From: Ginglymostoma cirratum
Lineage: Eukaryota
Direction of reading: 5' to 3'
Assembly: GCA_024137785.1 (NCBI GenBank)
Contig: JAHRHZ010000040.1
Location: 9,184,418-9,248,417, forward strand
DNA: 64,000 nt
Shown here: positions 36,790 to 49,219 of the stretch, piece by piece
How the letters are laid out: the number at the start of each line of letters is the position of its first letter
Position numbering within the stretch: the first letter of the stretch is position 1
Program-made: the position numbers and the translations under genes
Notes under the pieces: model-generated
What the model was told of the DNA's origin: nothing
Databases searched by the model: none
The model's input: only the letters and a program-made list of their open reading frames with translations

Positions 36790-38300
36790 TATCGAGGAAG
36801 GCAAGGGAGGAGATTGCTGGGGCCTTGACAGGGATCTTTGCATTCTTTTTAGCCTTACGTGAGATCTCAGAAGACTCAGAATTGCCAAGGTCATTCGTTT
36901 GTTTAAGGAGGGCAACAGGGATAATCTAGGAAATTATAGACAAGTGAGCCTTACATCAATAAAGTTATTGCAAAATATTTTTAGGGACAGGATTTACTTG
37001 CATGTGGAAAGAATGGACTTACTAAGGATAGTCAGCGTGGCTTTGTGTGGGGTAGTCTTGTTTCAAAAATTTGAGTTTTCTGAGGAAGTAACAAAGATGA
37101 GGGTAGGGCAATGGATTTTGTCTACATGGACTTTAAAGCTTTTGATAACGTTCCTCATGGTATGCTGGTCTGGAAGGTTAAGTCATATGGGATCCGTGCT
37201 GAGTTGCCAAGTTGGATACAAAATTTGGCCTAGTCATGGAAGATAGAGGATATTGTGGAGGGATATTTTTCTGACTAGAGGTCTGTGACAAGTGGTGTTC
37301 TGTAAGGATTGGTACTGGGATCTCTGTTGCTTGCAATATATATATAAATGACCTGGATGAAAACATAGGCGGTCTGAATAGTAAGTTTACAGATGACACA
37401 AAAATTGGAGAATTTGTACTTAATAAGGAAGGTTGTCAAAGGATCCAGAGGACATCCTTGCTCGAAAGGTTGACAGAGAAATGGCTGATGTCATTTAATC
37501 AGGGAAAGCGTGAGGTGATGCATTTGACCTTGCAAAATGTAAGACGAAAGTATACGGTAAATGACAGGACCCCTTTCATTGATATACAGAGGGATCTTGG
37601 GGTGCAAGTCCATTGAGCCCTGAAAGTGGCAGCACAAAAAATGGTTAAGACAGTAAAGAAGGCATCTGGCACAGATGCCTTCATCAATCAGGCCACCGAG
37701 TGTAAAAATTGGTAAGTTATGTTGCAGCTCAATATAGCTTCAGTTAGGCCACATTTGGAATATCGTGTCCAGTTCTGATCATCACATTATAGGAAGGACG
37801 TGGAGGCTTTGGAGAGTGCAAAGAGGTTTAACTGGATTTTGTCTAGTTTGGAATGTGTTAGCTGTAAGGAGAGGTGGGACAATATTGGATTGTTTTCACT
37901 AGAGCATCAGAGGTTGAGGGGTAACCTGATAAAAGTATATAAAATTATGAGAGGCATGGATAGGGTGGATAGTCAGACTGCTCTTCCCAAGGTGGAAACG
38001 TCAAATATTAGGAGGCAAAGGTTAAGGTGAGAAGGGGTAAGTTTAAAAGACATGTGCAAGGCAAGTCTTTTTTTTTACACTGAGAGTGATAGGTGCCGAG
38101 AACACGTTGCTAGGGGAGGTAGTAGAAGCAAGTACAATAGCAACATTTAAGAGGCATTTGGACAGACACATGAACAGGTAAGGGATAGAGGGATCCAGAC
38201 AATGTGTAGGAAGATGGGATTAGTTTAGAATGGCACCATGATTGGCATGAACATAGTGGGTGAAGGGTCTGTTCCTGCGCTGTATTGTTCTATGTTCTAT
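36790..38300 (+). mobile_element. CR1-clade LINE, RT domain to 3' tail
   Basis: FKEGNRDNLGNYRQVSLTS, SKFTDDTKIG, RPHLEYRVQF, GLFSLEHQRLRGNLIKVYKIM; ends tgttctatgttctat. Confidence 0.92.
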
Positions 38301-39918
38301 TAGTTACACATTGTTAAGCACCTCAGGTGAAACTCAGCTGCTCCACTACCTGGCCCTCACTGTACCTGGTAATATTCAATCACATCAAAAGGTTATCTGC
38401 AAAGCCATCATCTTTTTTATATCTGCTTGAGAGATGTGGGCATTGCTGGCCCAGCCAGCAATTATTGCCAGTCCCTAACTGCCCTTGAGAAGGTGGTGGT
38501 GGTGAGCTGCCTTTTAAATCGCTGTAGTCCATGTGTATTACTTCTGAACCTTTATTGCTGAAATTCTAAGTCGCTAACGTTTTGTAAATAGTCTCCTCCA
38601 AGGTGGTCCTGTTGATTTTTCCACTTGTGCAATCCACAAGCCGTAAAAGACATGAATTACCGAGTTCTGTGTACTCATAACACCCACATTTTCATCACTC
38701 CTGGTCCCAGCAACATCCAATGGCTTACCGTGTTCTAGAATTCTTCGTCTTAACTTTCACATCCCTCCAAGATTTTAGTCCTGCCTATTTCTGCTGTTTC
38801 CTCTAGCACTATATTGTTATATAAAAACTTATGTGACACTTTACAAAGTTACCCCATCACATTCCTTTCATCTTATCAACAGCAGTTGCAATTTTAAACT
38901 TTCTCTTTGATTTCAAAAGTTCTCAGTCTTTTTTGATCCGCTTTCCTTTAAAAATTGTTCTGTAACACTTTCCATAAGGTAATCAGCATGATAAAACTGT
39001 TAATAATAGGCCTTGTATTGTTGTGCATATGCTTAGGAATTAAGAGGAAGAAAGCCTCTTTAAAGTAGTATCACATTATAAATATCCACCAATTTTTTTT
39101 TTGCTGGAATGTAAATTCTCCTAGAGTCACCCCATTCTAGGCTGCATAGGTGACAACTGTAATATCATTGGGCTCAATTTTATGGGATAGGAGATGTGAG
39201 GGGCAAAATAATCAGGGAGGTTGTGCCAAGGCTTTAGTGTCCATCACCTACGCGCCACCATAGTATTTTGCCAGTGGCAGAGGAAGTTGGGGAAAGTCCT
39301 TGCTGTCCAGAAAGTGATTGTGTCACCAACGTAGCTCCTTCCTTCTAGAGTAGCATACACTAGGTTGTGCGGCTCATGTAGGTCCCTTTCTGGGTGGCTG
39401 TGCTCCTTTCCCTTATCAATCACCACCCTCCCCTTTATAAAAACTCGCCTGACACTCCGAGGCTTCTTGTTGACGCAAGAAAATCTATTAAACATCAAAG
39501 CAATATTTCACATTCATGTCCTCTTAACAAAAATCCTTACCTAGACCTTACTAGTCTTTTAAGTAAGACAGAATAGTGATGCTAAGGAACGGAATTATAA
39601 AATATTAGCGTATTTGGCCAGCTCAATTTAACACCACAGGTTTGCACTTGAAGGTAAGATAAATTTAATAAGCTGGGTAGAATTTAAACAAAGTAAGACA
39701 TACAAATGAAATCAAACCTCTCTCTCACCAGAGTTCAAAATTTAAACTTTAGCAGAGTATAATAGCAAATGAGTGCAAAACTTATAGAGAAAAGGACAAA
39801 TTGTGTAAAAACTAGACACCAAGAATTTAAATCATTAGTTAAAACTTATGTGATCTGAGTGATTTCAACAGTTTGATATTTAGACTTACTATACAAATAT
39901 AATGTACAAGTGAATTAC

Positions 39919-39982
39919 CTGAAAACCCAGTTTCTGCAGAAGGCGGGCTAATCTTCGAGCACCAGTTTTTGCATCTTCTTCA
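39919..39982 (-). CDS. TBPL1: TBPL1 coding exon 3 (EEDAKTGARRLARLLQKLGFQ), 64 nt
   Basis: Acceptor catttag|T, donor CAG|gtaatt; phase fits both neighbouring exons. Confidence 0.96.
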
Positions 39983-40829
39983 CTAAATGGCATTTGAAAA
40001 TATTCTCTTAGCGTTATACAAAAAGATATTGTGACACATACTTTACTTCATCTGAAATATAATAAAAACTATTGCACAGATTTTAAATACTACATTACAA
40101 GTGAGATTATCCCCTCCCTGGAGGCAGAGAGGGATATTTTGAGAAAGCCAAATAACAGGGTATATTGGTCCTACAGAAATACTCGCAGACCCTCTTGCCA
40201 CCTCAACAATTAAGTGCTGGGCAAGAAGTTTCACTGGGGACTGTCTCAACCTGCTATCAATTAAGGCCTTTTTAAGAGTTCAAATCATTGCTACCCAAGG
40301 CCTCAACTCACCATCAGCCCAATTACCTGTTTTTCTAGTCGGTAATAAAAGAAACTTGCTAACATGGTTTGGGTTGGAAGGATCTCCATTGTCCCAATAT
40401 ACTACAGGAATGAGGAAGCAAGGAGGTGGCTGCTGAAGATATACCCCCTACCCTTGCCTCTGACCCTGCCGCTCTCAAAGTAAACAACATACCTTCCTAC
40501 CATTCGAAACTCTGAAGTCTGTACCTCCAGATACAATATCTAGGAGAAAGAAGCAGACAGCTGGTTTGTTGACAGCTTCTGGTAGGGGCGGGATTTCACT
40601 ATCAAGGCTCATGATTTGCAGAGAAGCCCACCAATCAGATCTTTAGCTGTGAGCTCTCTTATTAGTGGGGAGTCAGTCTCTCCAGAAGACGATTACCCCT
40701 ATAGAAATCTCGACCTAAAATTTATCTTTGGATTAGGGAGTGTTTTTAATAAAATTAAAAAAAATACATAATAGCTAGTTGACATCGTAATAGACTACTT
40801 TGCATTTTTGATTAATGTAATTGAATAGA

Positions 40830-41045
40830 GAATCATAGAATAATAAAATCCCTACAGTGTGGAAGCAGGCCATTTGGCCCATCAGGTCTACATTGCCCCT
40901 CCAAAGAGCACCCCACCCAGATCCATCCCTCTACTCTATCCCTGTAACCCTGCATTTCCCATGGCTAATCCACCTAGCCTGCACATCTCTGGAGACCATG
41001 GGCAATTTAGCATGACCTAATCCACCTAACCTGCACATCTTTGGA
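40830..41045 (-). mobile_element. HE1-like V-SINE, truncated, with an internal duplication
   Basis: atccctacagtgtggaagcaggcc... and two copies of aatccacctaNcctgcacatct. Confidence 0.85.
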
Positions 41046-41612
41046 GGACAAACATCTGAGTCAATTTGACCTTACTGGGGTCAAAAACAAATGATTGCAG
41101 TTTAGTATCCTAATGTACACCCTGATCAAATGTTCCTTTCTATTGGTTCAATTACACATGATTCATAAAAGGCGGCCAATATACAACTTCCTACATACTT
41201 CCTCATACCACCCCTATCAAAAATGCCATATTTCCTGTGCAAGGTTGTCCACATATTGATTACTGAAATGTGATTAGAACTCCTGAATTGTGATTATACA
41301 CTCCCAGAGCTTTAGCTCAGAACTCAACAGTTAGACTAAAATTTGTTTTGCAAATCCTGTTGAGCCTCTAATGCTAATGCTTTTTTACCTCCACTACAAT
41401 AGTATTTATCCTTGCAAGCAGAAAATAATCACTAATTTGTTTATGATTATATACTCCACCCCTAATCATATAAACATGGATAGAATTTTTTGCACTTATT
41501 TGGAAAAGCACAGGTCAACATTCGTAAAAGTTAGGTTCATAAGATGAAGTATGTCAACACTCTGTGTCAATAGTAGAAAAAAAAGCTTTTAGAAAGAAAA
41601 TGAAGTTCTTAC

Positions 41613-41695
41613 CTCGTAGCTCCAGTGCATATAATTTTCCCTGAGGACCAGATTGTGGCTGTTATCCTAGGCTTCCTCAGTTTCATTAATACCTT
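41613..41695 (-). CDS. TBPL1: TBPL1 coding exon 2 (KVLMKLRKPRITATIWSSGKIICTGAT-S), 83 nt
   Basis: Acceptor tttttgcag|AAG, donor AG|gtaaga; translation matches vertebrate TBPL1. Confidence 0.97.
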
Positions 41696-42999
41696 CTGCA
41701 AAAATACATAAGAAAATATCGCAGTGTCTTAGTCACAGAACTCCTGCTACATTCACTATGAATGTAACATTTATACTTTAATTGAATTCTGAATCATGTT
41801 ATATGTAAATTATGAAGAGGTTATTTTTGTTATATGTTTAGGTAAACGGACTCACATATAACATGCGCCTAAAGTTTGAAGTGTTTGTGAATGTAAAATA
41901 TGCTCTCTTTACAGCTATACAGCCTGTCATTTTATATTATATCAATGCGGCAATAAGATGCTAGCGATCATTTTCACCACTTTGCTTTACCTTATCCATA
42001 ATATGATTAGAATTTTACATACATGCTCTCTCTGTATTATTCCCTGGATGCAAGTCTAACCTAATATTGATCAAGGATCGGCTTACTACTTTATTGATTT
42101 TTTTAGGCTAATGCAATCAAAGTATGATTGTTAATTTATCAATACTTCACACATAAAAATCAAGTTATTATATACAAGACACTTACTATAACAGTGAAAA
42201 GTGTACATAAACTTTTAAAAAGCATTTAAGATCTCTGTTCCTGTAAACTAAAATAATGTTTCTGTGTGAGCAGGTGGATATTTGAGTCATTCGAACATTC
42301 AATTGGAACACAGGATCAGAATTACACTTTTCAGCCCTTCAATCTTATTGGTCATTCAATTCAATTAAATCATGACTAATCTAAACCCAAAACTCTCATT
42401 GCCCATTTTTAATTCATATACCTTGGTGCCTAATAAAAAACTTTATTATGGTGTTGAAAATTTCAATTCACTCACCAATCAGAATGTTTGGGAGAGTTAC
42501 AGACTCTCACTACACATTGGAAAAAGATTTTCCTGTATTTATCACATTGAACACCTTTATTATTAAACAATTCAATTGAATCACTTGCCAAAACTCTAAA
42601 CTCCACAGAATACGAACCATGTATTCCATTACTTCTAGCTGTTTTTGCTCCAAGATTATACTGCTAAATCTACAATGTACCCTTCCAAAGATCCATCTGT
42701 TTCTCCAGCAACATACTGTCCAAAATGAAATGCAATAGTGCATTACGTTCTGCATCTGTGGGGATAGATGCTCTCAATTATTAGTTTAAAAGATGTGCTA
42801 TGAAATATAAGGGTCAATCTCCAAGATGTGCAACCATTATGCAGCTAGTCGGGCACATATCAGGAATCACAAGCATGCACTCCATAATTTTCTAATTTAC
42901 CCTTTACTAAATTTACTCTTTCACATTGTGTTGTAGCAATTCCAACTTCATATACAGGACTACATTAAATTAGTCTATTACAGATGTCAAATGTAATTT

Positions 43000-44340
43000 T
43001 TAAAAAAATTTTTCTTACTTTTCTAAAACTCTTCCTACTTAAAAGCTAAACAAGGCCCCTGTAGATTTTTTTAATATAAAGTTCAGCAGGACCTGCAGAC
43101 TTGTCAGTATGTAGTGCCAATAAATTACTCAGTCCTACTCCTGGTGATCGTAATTTTCTTTACTTCCTTCTTCCTTTCCACTTCAATTTCCTGGTCTACA
43201 AATATCTTTCAGATGTTACTTGTGTTCTCTGCAAGGAAGATCGGTGCAAACACCTGTTTAATTAAGTCCTTATTTTCCATAATTAATTCGCCAGACTCTG
43301 GGGAATTATTATCTCGGGCTGATGTTCATTTTGTTAACTCTTTTCCTTTTTAAATACCTGTGGAAAATTTTACCATCTATTTGTATATTTCTGGCTAGCT
43401 TTCTCTTGCACTTTAATTTTTCTTATTCGTCTTTTAGTCATTCTTTGCATACTGTGCAATTTTCTGATACACAACACATCTTTGCTCAATTAAATTCTTA
43501 TTGTGGGTGCACCCCCTAGAATTTTTCTTTCTCATTGCAATGTATTCATTTAGTGCAATTTAAAATGCCCTTTTTATTTAATTTCAACAAGAAAATTCAA
43601 CAATGTGTCCTTGACAGATCCCTGAAGTTGGCTCGACAGGTAGACAGAAGTGGCACAGAGGCACATGGGATACCTTCCTTCATTGGTGAGATACTGGGTA
43701 CAAAAGGAGGACTGTAATGCTGGACCTTTGTAAGATACTGGATAGGCCACAGCTGGAGATGTTTATGTATGTCTGGTTACACACATTACAGGAAAGACAT
43801 AATTGCATTAGAGAGAGTATAGAGGCGATTTAGAAGAATGTTGCCAGGGCTTTAAAGTTGCAGCTCTTATGACAAATGTAATAGACTAGGGTTCTTTTCA
43901 TTAGAACAGAGAAGGCTCAAGGGTGACTTAACTGAGGTGTACAACATTATGAGGGACTTGGATAAAGTGTATAAGGTTGACTTACTTCCCATCTTGGAGA
44001 GGTCAACTATTAGGCCATAGTTTAAAGGTGATTTGTAGAAGCATTAAAGGAGACAAGTACCTGACAGCAGTGAGTGTCTGGAATTCAATACCCACTTTAA
44101 TTGCATGCTACTAGATAACAAGGGGTTCTACATATGGTAAATTCACCCTCTTGTCTTTGCGAGGACATGTTTTCACTGCGTTCAGTAAATCTCACATTTG
44201 ATTGGCTCTCTCAGATTTGTCAATAATTTTTCTTCAAGTAGCTACATTCAGCCCACTTTTGCCGAATCATCTCTCAATATCCTAAGTTTGCCTTCCATAA
44301 TTTGGAACTTTAGACTCATTCTCATGTTGTCCTTTTCCAC
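43000..44340. mobile_element. Mosaic of old CR1-clade LINE fragments in both orientations
   Basis: Plus 43610-44100 has the ORF2 C-terminus (ggataggccacagctggag, agaacagagaaggctcaagggtgac); the flanking pieces are minus-oriented. Confidence 0.6.
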
Positions 44341-44429
44341 CCCTCCTGCCATTCTTATTGTGTTTCTTTATTTTGTTCAATTATTCATTTCCTTTTTCAT
44401 AATTTATGCTAAAGGATAGTTTAACCAGC

Positions 44430-44555
44430 TTCTGAAGAAGGGTCCAGACCAAAAATGTCAGCTTTCCTGCTCCTCTGATGCTGCCTGGCCGGATGTGTTC
44501 ATCGAGTTCTACACCTTGTTATCTCAGACTCCAGCATCGGCAGTTCCTACTATTT
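44430..44555 (+). mobile_element. Short PLE tail starting at a decayed hammerhead
   Basis: ttCTGAAGAAGGGtccagaccaaaaatgtcagctttcctgctcctctgatgctgc...cagttcctactat. Confidence 0.85.
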
Positions 44556-45449
44556 CATACATACTTTGTTTCGTTGGAAGACACATTTGTCTTCACGGTT
44601 TGCAATCTATTGTTTTCCCTGAGCATGTCTTAAACTGGATATCTCTGCAATGTAATGCACATCACTAGCTCAATCCCTTGCGCCCAGTTCCAAGGTAAAA
44701 TATGCATTTGTGAGGAAAACTTTGTAGTTAGCACTAGTCAACCTCAATGTTGATACTTACGTGGATTACACTCACTGAACCCTTTCATATCAAGTTCTTT
44801 CCTATTCATGAGAAACATCCTTAACCCTGGCACCAAAAAGGCATCCCTGGCAACCAATGAAGTTCTCAATGCAGGGAACCATATTTTCAACTATACTATG
44901 CCCTATTTGCTTCTCCCTTTCAAAAAGCCTCCTTCAGCATTACCATAATTAGTTTGCTCAAATAGCCACCCAAAGAGCATCTCATATACAAGTAGGGAGC
45001 ATTTTGAATTTTTTGGGTGAAGTCGAAGGACAAGGCTCCTCCAGCACAGGAGGCGGACCCCCCTAACCGCTTCATTCATAGTAACCTATCCTCAATTGTT
45101 AACCAGAAACATACCTTACCCAAGTGGTAAAAAACATCCTCCTGAATAAAAAGTGTTCAAGAAACTCTCCTGATGCCCTGCGGCTTAAAATTTTGCCCCA
45201 ACAATTCTAAGTTGAAATTCTTTAATATGGAAGATATTTACTGCAAATATGGCTATCCTGGATGACAACGATTTTGACAACACCCTGGAGCTGCTGTCTC
45301 TACCTAACATTCTGTTATTTAATCACTGTAGATCGAGGAAAAAGTCAATTCCATTTTTACAGACTTAAAAATCATGTTTTGGGTATACTTGCCAGAAAAA
45401 TTAAACAATAACCCCACCAACTTTCAGCCATGGCATGCTAGGCTTGCAT

Positions 45450-46720
45450 TACTAGTGAATGTCAAATTTACCCCAACAAATGCACATTGCACCTTGGAAC
45501 TGGGTGCAAGAGATCAAGCTAGTGATGGGTGTTACATTGCAGAGATATTCAGGACTTCCAACGCGCTCAGGGAAGACAATGGATGGCAAACAGTGAAGAC
45601 CAATGTGTCTTCAAACAAAACAATGTATGTATGAAGCTGGCTAAGCTAAAAGTCATAATATTTGCTAACTTGACAGATTACTGTGGCAAAAAGGAATTTA
45701 ATGTTTGTGAACATCTGGTATCTCAATGGGAAGAGGAATCCACCCTGAAGGGGGTCAATACACCACGAGAACAGGAATTAGCCACTGCCCTAATCATGAG
45801 AAGCAGATATCAGAATGGGTCCACAAAAACTGAGTGGTATAATCATTATCAGAAATGCAACATGTGTATATATATTTAAATAGGCCTAATCAAATCGCAA
45901 GCCCATCAAACATTTCAGAGCAACAGGTAGTTCATGTGGCTGCTTAACAGAACAAAAAATGTCAAATGTCGTGGTTGAAAACCAAGATTACTCAGCGATT
46001 ACTAAAATACCTGTGCCGAAGTTACTAGTTACCAAAAGTTCATCATCAGAATGACAAATCATGAGCAGCCATGATACATTAGCAACATGAAGGAGTCATG
46101 AATTTCAATATGCCCAGTAATTAATCTGTGGAATGGGAACATTTGATAATTGTTTTAGCAATAACCAAACCACGTAAGAAAAGATGGAATGAGGTTATGG
46201 ATCAATGACGCGTGGTACGTGTATCCTGGCGGCCAATATAAAGAATGCAGTGTATTGGTCTGGTGCACATTCAGATACCATGTAATTGACGAAATGAAGA
46301 CGTGCCTATGAAGCAAATATACACTCATTGCAGTAATTCCTGGGGGTCCAACAGCTGTGATTCAACCTTTGGATGTGTGCCTCAACAAAATAATCAAGGA
46401 CCATGTTCACACTAAATGAAATTGGCAGATGGTTGTTACAGAAAAACCTTCACAAAAAATGGAAATATGCACACTATTGTTTTGCGTAGTTTTGTCCTTA
46501 AATTGTGGGATGCTGTTTTTCTACAAAGTGCAAAGATATCATTTGGAGATGTGCAATTTTCAATGGATGGAGAGGAGAATGACTTGTTGTGGAAGGATAG
46601 TGCCAAAATCTGATCCAGACTGCAATCTCTCTGATGATGCCATAGATAAGGTGACTCAAGTGAACCTGATGACCTCTCTACACCAAAGACAAAGAATTTG
46701 ACAAGTTTAAAAATGTTTGC
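45450..46720 (+). mobile_element. pogo/Tigger DNA transposon remnant (POGK-like: Brinker-type DBD + DDE_1), pseudogenised
   Basis: N-terminal KLKVIIFA...KEFNVCEHLVSQW; DDE region MRLWINDAW, LVWCTFRYH and LIAVIPGGPTAVIQPLDVCLNKIIKDH at about 46190-46405. Confidence 0.85.
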
Positions 46721-47169
46721 ATTATAGCTAAAGGAATCTTTCTACAATGAATTTATTCAATAAACTGTGCAACATTAACTTATGAACTTTTTCTCCATTT
46801 TAAAATGGTAACCTAATGGAAATAAGCGCTCCGAAATTTATAGTAACCATCTGCTTTGTCACTAAGTTTAAATTTGCTATATCCACTTATCTCCTTTTAA
46901 AACAAAGTACTGATACTCACATTTATCAAAATCATACAGTGTACATTAAGTAAGATACGTGTTAAAAAGATATGCCTTTACTAAAACTGAAGGCCAGTGA
47001 GCCACTTTGAAATTTCCATATTAAAGGTGTTAACTAAATATAACAGAAAATATTAACCTACTGCTTGTTGAATAATTGAGCAATCACAGCTGTCCACCAT
47101 AGATCACATCAGAGTTTACTGCAAATAATGTAACAATGCAGAAGCGATGACATGAACAGATGAACTTAC

Positions 47170-47304
47170 TCCAACATCTCTTTTGTAGATCACATTCGTT
47201 CCTTCCAGTGCAATCTTCCGGAGATTTAAATGGCATCTTGTTTTAAAGACACAGACTACGTTTGTTATCAAAATATCCAGTGCAATATCATTGTCGGGTT
47301 CCAT
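47170..47304 (-). CDS. TBPL1: TBPL1 coding exon 1 (MEPD...KRDVG), 135 nt
   Basis: ORF 47116..47304(-) starts with the TBPL1 N-terminus; donor GGA|gtaagt at 47170/47169; upstream acceptor ttttgttcttctaatctag at 47363 (alternative AG at 47348). Confidence 0.97.
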
Positions 47305-48071
47305 GGGTATGGCTTGTTATCCAACTGACCAACAGACAGCATACCATCTAGATAGTGCTATACTAGATTAGAAGAACAAAATGTTAACTTGATATGTGGT
47401 GCTCTCTTTATAACAATAAATCTACTGTTATTCAGTATCTGGAGTACCTTATTAAAATTGCATCCATGAAACAAGTCAAAGAAATTTACATGTTACTACA
47501 AGTATGATACTGCACAGGAGTACAGTGCTGTACAGACTCAAAATTTTTTGGTTATGCTCTTGACAGCCAGGAATCTAAAAGTACTTGCCATAGTCAGCTG
47601 GGGAGCCAATTCTAGAGTGTCAGTAAAGGCAGATATAAACAAAGTCTAGCAGAAAGGACACCAGTGAACCTACAAGTGAAATAAAAAAATGGTATCTCAG
47701 TTTTAATATCAACTTGTTTTATAGCTTAACGCTCTAGAAATTGCTGCATGTAGTGTAATAATAACCACAAAAAAGAAACTGGCGTTCACAAAAACCCAAT
47801 ATAATCACAAAATAACTGCAATGGATGTTCTGCTCCTGAACTTTAAAAGCCAAACTTGGGAACATTGTTAAAAAGAAAATGAGTTAGATATAATGTTTAT
47901 GTGACAGATTGATAGTTATGCTTGTTCTTTGTTCATGCTCAATATCACAACTTAACTAGGAAGAATTTGCTGACAATTGAGCCCATTATTCCATACCACA
48001 AGCCATCACAAAATGGACAAATGTATAAGATCCAACTGAGACAACTAAAACAGCCAATTTCCCTACCTCAC

Positions 48072-49083
48072 TGTTACTCAAAATAAAAGCAATCCACACC
48101 AGGTTTCTCAGTCACAGGAAGAAACAACTATTTATTGCAACACATATCTTTTAATATAAGCAGTAAAAAGAATTATATTGATGCACATTAGCCATAACCC
48201 TTCAAAAAAATTGTATACACAATCACAATTAAAACAGACAAAAAAAAAAGATTTCACACATATTCTTTTTTCCACCTGTAGCATATGTACAAAATTTCAA
48301 AGATCAAAAGTCCAAACCAAAAGATGGAAAGTTATTTCCACTCAATTCTTTTGACTTTTGCAATTATGAATTGTATCCAAGTAACAGAATACCTCGGACG
48401 CAAAATGCTGAAAAATGTTCCCAGCCAACCAATCCCGGAGTGGATGTGGCTGAAAGCTGTGGGAGAAAGGGGCTGTTAGTTGATGCCGTGCATGATGGAA
48501 ATATGCTCCAAAGAATTTATTTTGAATATTCAATATATTCATTGTGAAGAATTTATAGTTCTAAATGTGGTGGTTACAGGATTGCTCAGTAGACAGTGGG
48601 TCCTGTTGAGAAACATTTTGAAGTGCATTTAGAAGGACTCTGTCTGTAAAGGTGATGTTTGTTCTTCAGCTTGATGTATGACAAGTGGACCATAAATCTC
48701 CACTTGTTAGAATTCTCTTTTAAGCTAATTTGATTTTCTGTGTTTTTCTCACATGGAGACAGAAAAAGAGTGAAGGGGGAGGAGCAGGAGGAGAAATAGA
48801 TGGTTTCTATCTGCAGGATCTGGAAGTTTTCTTCCTCTGATGCTCCTGGCACACACAACTTTTAACACGCTGCAGTTCAGTTGGAAGGTTGTTGTCAGGT
48901 AGAACCTTTAACTTGAAAGATTCTCGGCGCTGCTCAGTCTCAAATTCTTCAGCTTACTGCTTTAAAAAGCACAGCTCAACAATATGCAACGCTTAGTTTT
49001 CAAGTGCAAAACTCACCTGCTTTCTCAGTTACAGCATTCCAACTTCTATTCCAGTTCATAGTTCCAAAAAAAAAGGTCTAACA
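48072..49083 (-). repeat. Possible solo LTR, about 1 kb
   Basis: TGTTA...TAACA inverted termini and a minus-strand AATAAA about 60 nt from the left end; no TSD found, so tentative. Confidence 0.3.
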
Positions 49084-49219
49084 CGTAAATATAGATTAAA
49101 GTGAAACAGGAAAAATATCTATAATTAATAGCATATTGCTGTTTTCAATGTTCAAATATCAAAGAGTATATTTTTGTCAATGTTAGTTTTCTTTAAGCCT
49201 CAAAAGTACAGTTCAATGT

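Larger units (their letters stand above)
28534..47304 (-). other. TBPL1: TBPL1 gene, coding span (TATA-box binding protein-like 1 / TRF2), 6 coding exons, 186 aa
   Basis: Spliced translation: MEPDNDIALDILITNVVCVFKTRCHLNLRKIALEGTNVIYKRDVGKVLMKLRKPRITATIWSSGKIICTGATSEEDAKTGARRLARLLQKLGFQVKFAGYKVVNVLAVCTMPFEIRLPEFTKRNRPIASYEPELHPAASYRVKALKATLQIFSTGSITITAPSIQCVATAVEQTYPLIFESRKMIK*. Exon sizes 135/83/64/104/95/80 sum to 561 nt, all introns are GT-AG, phases 0,2,0,2,1. RDVG, IWSSG and ELHP replace the TATA-intercalating Phe motifs of TBP, which is diagnostic for TBPL1. Confidence 0.98.

Noticed and set aside
45374-46701. Domesticated POGK-like gene
   Set aside because: Multiple stops, frameshifts and deletions; a decayed transposon, not a functional gene.
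28534-47304. Alternative call as TBP, TBPL2 or a pseudogene
   Set aside because: No N-terminal extension, TBPL1-specific residues, intact frame and canonical introns.
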